Origin: Patescibacteria group bacterium
GTDB lineage: Bacteria > Patescibacteriota > Minisyncoccia > Phycocordibacterales > UBA918
DNA: 51,836 nucleotides
Assembly (NCBI GenBank): GCA_018608435.1
Contig: JABAZV010000007.1
Span: 13,946-65,781 of the forward strand
Reading direction: 5' to 3'
Part shown: positions 46,418 through 51,836 of the stretch, piece by piece
Layout of the letters: each line of letters starts with the position of its first letter
Numbering within the stretch: position 1 is the first letter of the stretch
Notes under the pieces: generated by a model
What the model was told of the DNA's origin: nothing
What the model saw: the letters and a program-made list of their open reading frames with translations, nothing else
Databases searched by the model: none
Program-made: the position numbers and the translations under genes

Positions 46418-47260
46418 TTAGCTTTGCACCGATGTATCAATCACGTTCTGCTTTGCTTGTTCTGACATTTTGCGTAAGGCCGAAAAACGACGAAGCTCGA
46501 ACAAGCGAAGCCCCATATACTGGCTGAAAGCATAAATCAGGACAAAGCTCAAAAGTGCCACTCCCCAAAGCGTAGGCAGAGAAAGTACAGGCATATAAGT
46601 GAACATTCCATAACACAGAACAGCTAAAAATAGTGTACTTCCAAGTGAAGATAATGAATCTGTGATGCCATGATCCGTAATATACTCAGCCGATCGCTCA
46701 ATCAAGAATGAGGTTATAACTACCAGGAAAAACAATCCTGCGACTGAGAACAAATCTGGCAAAGTCATTACCAAAACACCAGACAGCAATGAAACAAACC
46801 ATAAAATGATTGCCGCTTCAGATATGTTTGGTAGCGATATGTACTGCGAAGCGATAATAGTAAGGAAAATTCCAATGCCAATCAAAATCGCAAAAACAGC
46901 CAAACCTGACAATAGGTTTGGAAATTGAGACAGAGAAATACCTACCACCAAAGGTCCAAACACTCCAAACGTACGCATACCGACAACTAGTCTGGCGAAG
47001 ACGATAAGCGATGCCGCCAATGGAATAATAAGAAGTAAAGACGATATTTCACGAGACCCTTCGCTTGGAACAGACAAAGTTGGCAAATAACCAACCGCGG
47101 CTATTTGCTGCTCGGCACCAGTTGAAACCGTTGACTGTGTAATTAGATCAGGAGCAGTAAAAACAGTGACTAATCCAGCTACAGTTACCAGCAACGCTAC
47201 CAAAAGACCAACTACAAGCGAGTTCTTGGTGTCATATTTTATATTATCAATTTTGCTCAT
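46418..47260 (-). CDS. 7TM membrane protein of the inactive-transglutaminase-associated family
   Basis: LLIIPLAA..ARLVVGMRTFGVFGP, VITSFLIER, YMGLRLFELRRF; paired with the ATP-grasp gene. Confidence 0.82.
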   Translation of the reverse strand: MSKIDNIKYDTKNSLVVGLLVALLVTVAGLVTVFTAPDLITQSTVSTGAEQQIAAVGYLPTLSVPSEGSREISSLLLIIPLAASLIVFARLVVGMRTFGVFGPLVVGISLSQFPNLLSGLAVFAILIGIGIFLTIIASQYISLPNISEAAIILWFVSLLSGVLVMTLPDLFSVAGLFFLVVITSFLIERSAEYITDHGITDSLSSLGSTLFLAVLCYGMFTYMPVLSLPTLWGVALLSFVLIYAFSQYMGLRLFELRRFSALRKMSEQAKQNVIDTSVQS

Positions 47261-47375
47261 AAACTTTTATTTATTAGAGAAATAGTATCACACGAATAAA
47301 ATTATATTGTTGCTGCGCTACAAAGCCAAATTACTTAGCATCGGCCAAAAGCCATTATTTTTATTTTTTTGTCCT

Positions 47376-47413
47376 AAAAAACAGCTGACGCCTTCGGGCG
47401 TCAGCTGTTTTTT
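47376..47413 (-). terminator. Terminator after fusA
   Basis: aaaaaacagctgacgcc-ttcg-ggcgtcagctgtttttt. Confidence 0.88.
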
Positions 47414-47435
47414 TAACTTAATCCTAAACTCAAAA

Positions 47436-49610
47436 TTAAGAATCAACTCCGCGAGCTTTCTTAATGTCTTCAGCCACGTTTGGTGGAACCACTTCGTAGT
47501 GATCAAATTCCATCGTCATGCTCGCTCGTCCTTGTGTCATTGAACGTAGAGTGTTGGTGTAACCAAACATTTCTGACAACGGGATCTTAGAGTTAACGAT
47601 TGTCTTGCCGCCGATTTCTTCAGTTGCTTCAAGCGTACCACGCTTAGAAGAAATATTTCCTTGAATGTCTCCCATGTATTCTTCTGGCGTACGTACTTCA
47701 ACCTTCATGACCGGCTCAAGGATAACAGCTTTGGCCAGCTGCGCTGCTTTCTTGAAGGCGTTAATACCAGCCAGTTTGAAAGCGATCTCTGATGAGTCGA
47801 CATCATGGAAAGAACCATCATAAAGCTCAACTGAAACATCCTCCATTTTGTAACCAGCCACAAATCCTCGACCCATCGCCTCTCTACATCCCTTCATCAC
47901 GGCTGGAATGTATTCCTGTGGAATAACTCCACCCTTGATGCTGTTGATGAATTCGAAGTGATCTTCGCGTGTAATGTTCTTGGGAATCTTCACCACTTCT
48001 CCTTCTGCTACTTCAGGCAAAGCCTCGAGCGGCTTGATGCGGATTTTCACATGACCATACTGACCACGACCACCAGACTGCTTAACATATTTCTCTTCCC
48101 CTTCAGCTTCACGCTGAATAGTTTCACGATACGCTACTTGTGGTGCGCCGATATTAGCTTCCACTCCAAACTCTCGCTTCATACGGTCAACCAAAATATC
48201 GAGGTGAAGCTCACCCATTCCGGCGATGATAGTTTCAAGTGTTTCTTCATCAGTCGACACTGTAAATGTCGGATCTTCATCAGCCAAGCGCTTCAAAGCG
48301 ACCCCCATTTTTTCTTGGTCATTCTTCGTCTTCGGCTCTACTCGCACAGCTACCACTGGCGCTGGGAAAGTAATTTGTTCGAGAATGATTTGACTGTCGA
48401 CAGCACAAAGAGTGTGTGAAGTTTTTACTTCTTTAAGACCTACCATCGCGGCGATCTCTCCAGCAAACACTTCATCAACCTCAGTTCGCTTGTCGGCCAT
48501 CAGACGAACGATTCGTCCAACACGCTCTTTGTTTCCGGTTGATGAGTTAATGATGTACGAACCAGCTTTCACTGTTCCAGAATAAACTCGGAAGAAAGCT
48601 AACTGCCCCACAAACTTATCGTCCTGAAGTTTAAAGGCGAGCGCAGAAAATGATTCCTCATCCGACGGATTTCGTTCTACTACCGTTTCTTCGTCTTTAG
48701 GATCAACTCCTTGCACTGGCGGCAAGTCGGTTGGCGACGGAAGATAGTCAACCACAGCATCAAGCACGAGCTGTACACCAATATTCTTTAGCGCTGTACC
48801 AGTCATGATTGGGAAGATAGCATTTGCAAGCACGGCTTTACGCAAAGTTTTCTTGAGGTCTTCGAGTGAAGGTTCATCGCCACCAAGATAAGCTTCCATG
48901 AGATCGTCGTCGTGCTCTACGACTTTTTCGATCAGTTCGCCGCGCCACTTTTGCGCCGTTTCCACAAGGTCTGTAGGAATCTCTTCTTCTGTAACATCCA
49001 TTCCCATTGTTCCACCAAAGCGATAAGCCTTCATAGTAACGAGATCAACCACTCCGCTGATGTCGTCTTCAGCACCAATCGGGATTTGGATACGTACAGC
49101 TTTGGGAGACAGTCGTTCGTGAATTGATTTCACAGAAGCGTCGAAGTCCGCACCGAGCTTGTCCATTTTGTTGATGAAACAAATACGCGGAACGTTAGCC
49201 TCGTCAGCGTAACCCCAGTTGGTTTCAGTTTGCGGCTCAACACCGGCTGCACCATCAAACACAACCACTGCACCGTCGAGCACACGCATAGAACGCTTTA
49301 CTTCAGCGGTAAAGTCGATGTGTCCTGGAGTATCAATAATATTGAAAGTGAACATCTTGCTCTTGTCTTCTCGATCTTCTTCGAGGGTTTTTGACCAATT
49401 ACAAGAAATAGCCGCTGCAGTAATAGTGATACCGCGCTCTCGCTCTTGATCCATCCAGTCAGTAACAGTTGCACCGTCGTGAACTTCGCCAATCTTGTGA
49501 CTCATGCCAGTGTAAAAAAGCACACGCTCAGAAGTAGTAGTTTTGCCAGCGTCAACGTGTGCTACGATACCGAAGTTTCGTAGTTTTTCGAGTGGAAATT
49601 CTCGTGCCAT
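47436..49610 (-). CDS. fusA: Elongation factor G
   Basis: [41 protein letters not shown]. Confidence 0.99.
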   Translation of the reverse strand: MAREFPLEKLRNFGIVAHVDAGKTTTSERVLFYTGMSHKIGEVHDGATVTDWMDQERERGITITAAAISCNWSKTLEEDREDKSKMFTFNIIDTPGHIDFTAEVKRSMRVLDGAVVVFDGAAGVEPQTETNWGYADEANVPRICFINKMDKLGADFDASVKSIHERLSPKAVRIQIPIGAEDDISGVVDLVTMKAYRFGGTMGMDVTEEEIPTDLVETAQKWRGELIEKVVEHDDDLMEAYLGGDEPSLEDLKKTLRKAVLANAIFPIMTGTALKNIGVQLVLDAVVDYLPSPTDLPPVQGVDPKDEETVVERNPSDEESFSALAFKLQDDKFVGQLAFFRVYSGTVKAGSYIINSSTGNKERVGRIVRLMADKRTEVDEVFAGEIAAMVGLKEVKTSHTLCAVDSQIILEQITFPAPVVAVRVEPKTKNDQEKMGVALKRLADEDPTFTVSTDEETLETIIAGMGELHLDILVDRMKREFGVEANIGAPQVAYRETIQREAEGEEKYVKQSGGRGQYGHVKIRIKPLEALPEVAEGEVVKIPKNITREDHFEFINSIKGGVIPQEYIPAVMKGCREAMGRGFVAGYKMEDVSVELYDGSFHDVDSSEIAFKLAGINAFKKAAQLAKAVILEPVMKVEVRTPEEYMGDIQGNISSKRGTLEATEEIGGKTIVNSKIPLSEMFGYTNTLRSMTQGRASMTMEFDHYEVVPPNVAEDIKKARGVDS

Positions 49611-49735
49611 AAATAAGTAATATAATAAAAGATTTAATAAGATTCCTCCCTAAGTGTAACTGCTTCTGCGGCGCGCTTACAGGCGCACCGCCACAATAAC
49701 TACATAGAAAACATGCCATAAGGCAAGGTGGCGAT

Positions 49736-49764
49736 ACTATACTGCATTGTGGTAAATACGGCAA
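49736..49764 (-). promoter_or_regulatory. fusA promoter
   Basis: TTGCCG-17-TATAGT about 125 nt upstream of the fusA start. Confidence 0.6.
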
Positions 49765-49884
49765 CTGATTTCTGGGCAATTAAGCAATTTAATAAAACCG
49801 CCGCTTAAAATAAAGCGGCGGCAATAATCGCATGAAGAACTGGGAACTGATGTTAACAAACAGCAAGTTATTCTTTCAGAAAGA

Positions 49885-50292
49885 CTACATAAGTTTGATT
49901 TCCTGAAGATAGAGGCAGAGCGCTATTTCCTTGCTTGTTGAAGCGCTATCATTATTAAGCAAAAAAGATTCTACAGGAGTTACTCCCGGCTTTTCTTTTA
50001 CAAGCATAACCTGATCCACTCTAAGACCTGTAACCTTAGACAGCAAGGCATAGAAGCAGCCGCAATTTGATGTCACTACTTTACTCGAATCAAAAACGCC
50101 TTTTTCTCCATAAGTATTTCCGTAGTTGCCTCCGTCCAGATTCCCTGCCTCGATTTCTCCAATTAAAGCGGCAACAAAATCATAGCCATTTTGCTGAAGA
50201 GCTCTGCCGACCCGCTCAAAAGCTTCGCGAATCTCCTGCCTTACTTCTGGAGTAACTGGCGGAACAACATCTCTAACCACTCTACTGTTCAT
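49885..50292 (-). CDS. Hypothetical protein
   Basis: ORF with GAGGAG Shine-Dalgarno motif before ATG 50292; no recognised motif. Confidence 0.6.
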   Translation of the reverse strand: MNSRVVRDVVPPVTPEVRQEIREAFERVGRALQQNGYDFVAALIGEIEAGNLDGGNYGNTYGEKGVFDSSKVVTSNCGCFYALLSKVTGLRVDQVMLVKEKPGVTPVESFLLNNDSASTSKEIALCLYLQEIKLM

Positions 50293-50735
50293 GATAATCT
50301 CCTCTAAAAAAGAAAAGCTCCCAATCAGGAGCACTTAGAACAAACAATTATTGTGTGTTCTATAGTGATCCCAATAATTGAGTTTTAAAGAGAGTTATTA
50401 TATATACTATTTCTGCGCTTATAAAACCATGGATTAAGGAGGCTGTAAATGAAATGTTCATATTTGGTGACTCTATGAAGGATGTATATGTGTGACTTCT
50501 CCTGTTATTGGAAGCCTTGTTACATTTAATTTAACGTGATTTATTAGAAGCTGTCCCGAGAGAATTACTTTTTTAGTTACCCTCCGCTGGTGGGACAGAG
50601 ATGACAGCATGAGTAAAGAGAATAAATCACAGAATTAACTTGGCAATTACGAACAATATTTTCAGAACCTTTAGTACTAAAGCAAACTAACAACCGTTCC
50701 TACTAATAACCCCGCCAAACTGGTGGGTGTTTTCT

Positions 50736-51086
50736 TTAACTGTCTTTATTCCGTACCGACTTCTTTTTACTCCCAGCTCCTTCTCCTCCTACCTGCAAAG
50801 TAAATTCAACTTCATCATCGGCAAACAATCCTTCTGCCTTACGCACCGCAGCTTTAAACGGCAGGATATAAGAACCCGAACTCTTCTCAGGAAAAATAGA
50901 AGTTTTCCAAACGGTTTTTCCAATCTTTACTTCAACCGGTAAAGAACCAAATCCGCGACTGCTGCTGGCATACTTTTCTTTAATCTCTTTTCCTGCTGCT
51001 TTTGCGATCGACAAAAAGTACCAATTAGCTGCTTCGGCCGGCCAGATATACAACTTTTGTTTTAGCTTAAACTTTTGTTGTTTCAT
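50736..51086 (-). CDS. DUF1905 family protein
   Basis: ANWYFL, RGFGSLPVEVKIGKTVWKTSIFP, YILPFKAAVRKAEG. Confidence 0.88.
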   Translation of the reverse strand: MKQQKFKLKQKLYIWPAEAANWYFLSIAKAAGKEIKEKYASSSRGFGSLPVEVKIGKTVWKTSIFPEKSSGSYILPFKAAVRKAEGLFADDEVEFTLQVGGEGAGSKKKSVRNKDS

Positions 51087-51111
51087 ATTTTATTTACATC
51101 TCTCTTGCTTG

Positions 51112-51327
51112 TTACAATCCCAAGCTCTGCAAATCACCCATAGTCGACGAGAAAGAGCTAATGATCGCTGGTATAGCAAACACAGCAATTAGAAGCGGCA
51201 ACGCAAAAACAACGATCGTCGTCCAGAACGTAAAACGCATGTAACGCTCTGTTTTCATTACCGATTCGTGAATCTGATTAATTTTAATTTCCTGCTCGTC
51301 TAGTTGTTCTTGTAGTTTTGAATCCAT
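51112..51327 (-). CDS. Small single-TM hypothetical protein
   Basis: Coiled-coil N-terminus plus a hydrophobic segment. Confidence 0.7.
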   Translation of the reverse strand: MDSKLQEQLDEQEIKINQIHESVMKTERYMRFTFWTTIVVFALPLLIAVFAIPAIISSFSSTMGDLQSLGL

Positions 51328-51418
51328 GTAGATTTATAGTAACAGATTATTATGTGAAAATGTTAGAATGTACATAATTTAACAACAGCGCAATTGTTTA
51401 ACTTTCTCATAATTACTT

Positions 51419-51836
51419 ATGTCAAAATCTGAAAACAAAACCAAACCAACAAACCAAACTGCAAGCGCTTTTATAAAAAACCTCGATCCAGTAAAGAAGG
51501 CTGACGCGAAGGCTCTAGCAAAAATATTTACCGACACAACCAAAACCAAGTGCGTCATGTGGGGCAACATTTTTGGCTTTGGTTCTTATCATTATAAGTA
51601 TGATTCAGGGCGCGAAGGTGATTACATCGCGACCGGATTCGCCCTACGCAAAAGCGGACCAACTATTTATATAATGCCTGGGTACGAAGACTACAGCGCT
51701 ATCCTTAAAACCATCGGTCCACACAAGCTCGGCAAGTCTTGCGTATACTTTAAAAAAGTTGAAGACATTCATCTGCCGACTTTGCAAAAGCTAATCAAAG
51801 CTGGGCTACGCGATTTGAAGAAAAAATATCCAGTTA
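51419..51836 (+). CDS. DUF1801 (YdhG-like) protein (3' end runs off the window)
   Basis: Not in the ORF track. Manual translation MSKSENKTKPT...MWGNIFGFGSYHYKYDSGREGD..TGF..HKLGKSCVY. Confidence 0.9.
   Translation, partial: MSKSENKTKPTNQTASAFIKNLDPVKKADAKALAKIFTDTTKTKCVMWGNIFGFGSYHYKYDSGREGDYIATGFALRKSGPTIYIMPGYEDYSAILKTIGPHKLGKSCVYFKKVEDIHLPTLQKLIKAGLRDLKKKYPV

Noticed and set aside
1-51836. CRISPR arrays, tRNA/rRNA genes, transposases, integrases, prophage genes, genetic code 25
   Set aside because: None seen by eye; TGA terminates genes such as ackA and map

Overview
Bacterial genome fragment using standard code 11 (TGA is a stop). It is almost certainly Patescibacteria/CPR, Parcubacteria-like: the ribosomal cluster lacks rpmD (L30), several r-proteins have CPR-style terminal extensions, few genes have Shine-Dalgarno motifs, and metabolism is salvage/fermentative. 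Left to right: (1) a minus-strand tasA-tasA-sipW-lamin-tail-adhesin-receiver operon, probably making a TasA/bundling-pilus-type fibre, next to a receiver and PAS histidine kinase; (2) phosphoketolase plus a divergent acetate kinase; (3) a SET methyltransferase facing a protein with histone H3-like ARKAP motifs; (4) infC-rpmI-rplT and a beta-CASP nuclease; (5) an unannotated 149-nt rod-shaped RNA that looks like 6S RNA; (6) ndk/map/adk/gmk/cmk and DUF2339/TSP3 membrane genes; (7) the str/S10/spc cluster. That cluster is split into about five promoter-to-terminator units by inserted genes, mostly for surface proteins, and each unit has a long structured leader. Most notable: the rpsN (S14) and rpsS (S19) leaders share a covarying stem-loop and a 45-nt in-frame UUG-initiated extension (MRRKF(R/N)I(I/V)(A/V)TL(I/L)(S/V)SF), a candidate new regulatory module. 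All calls come from reading the sequence by eye; no searches or folding programs were run.
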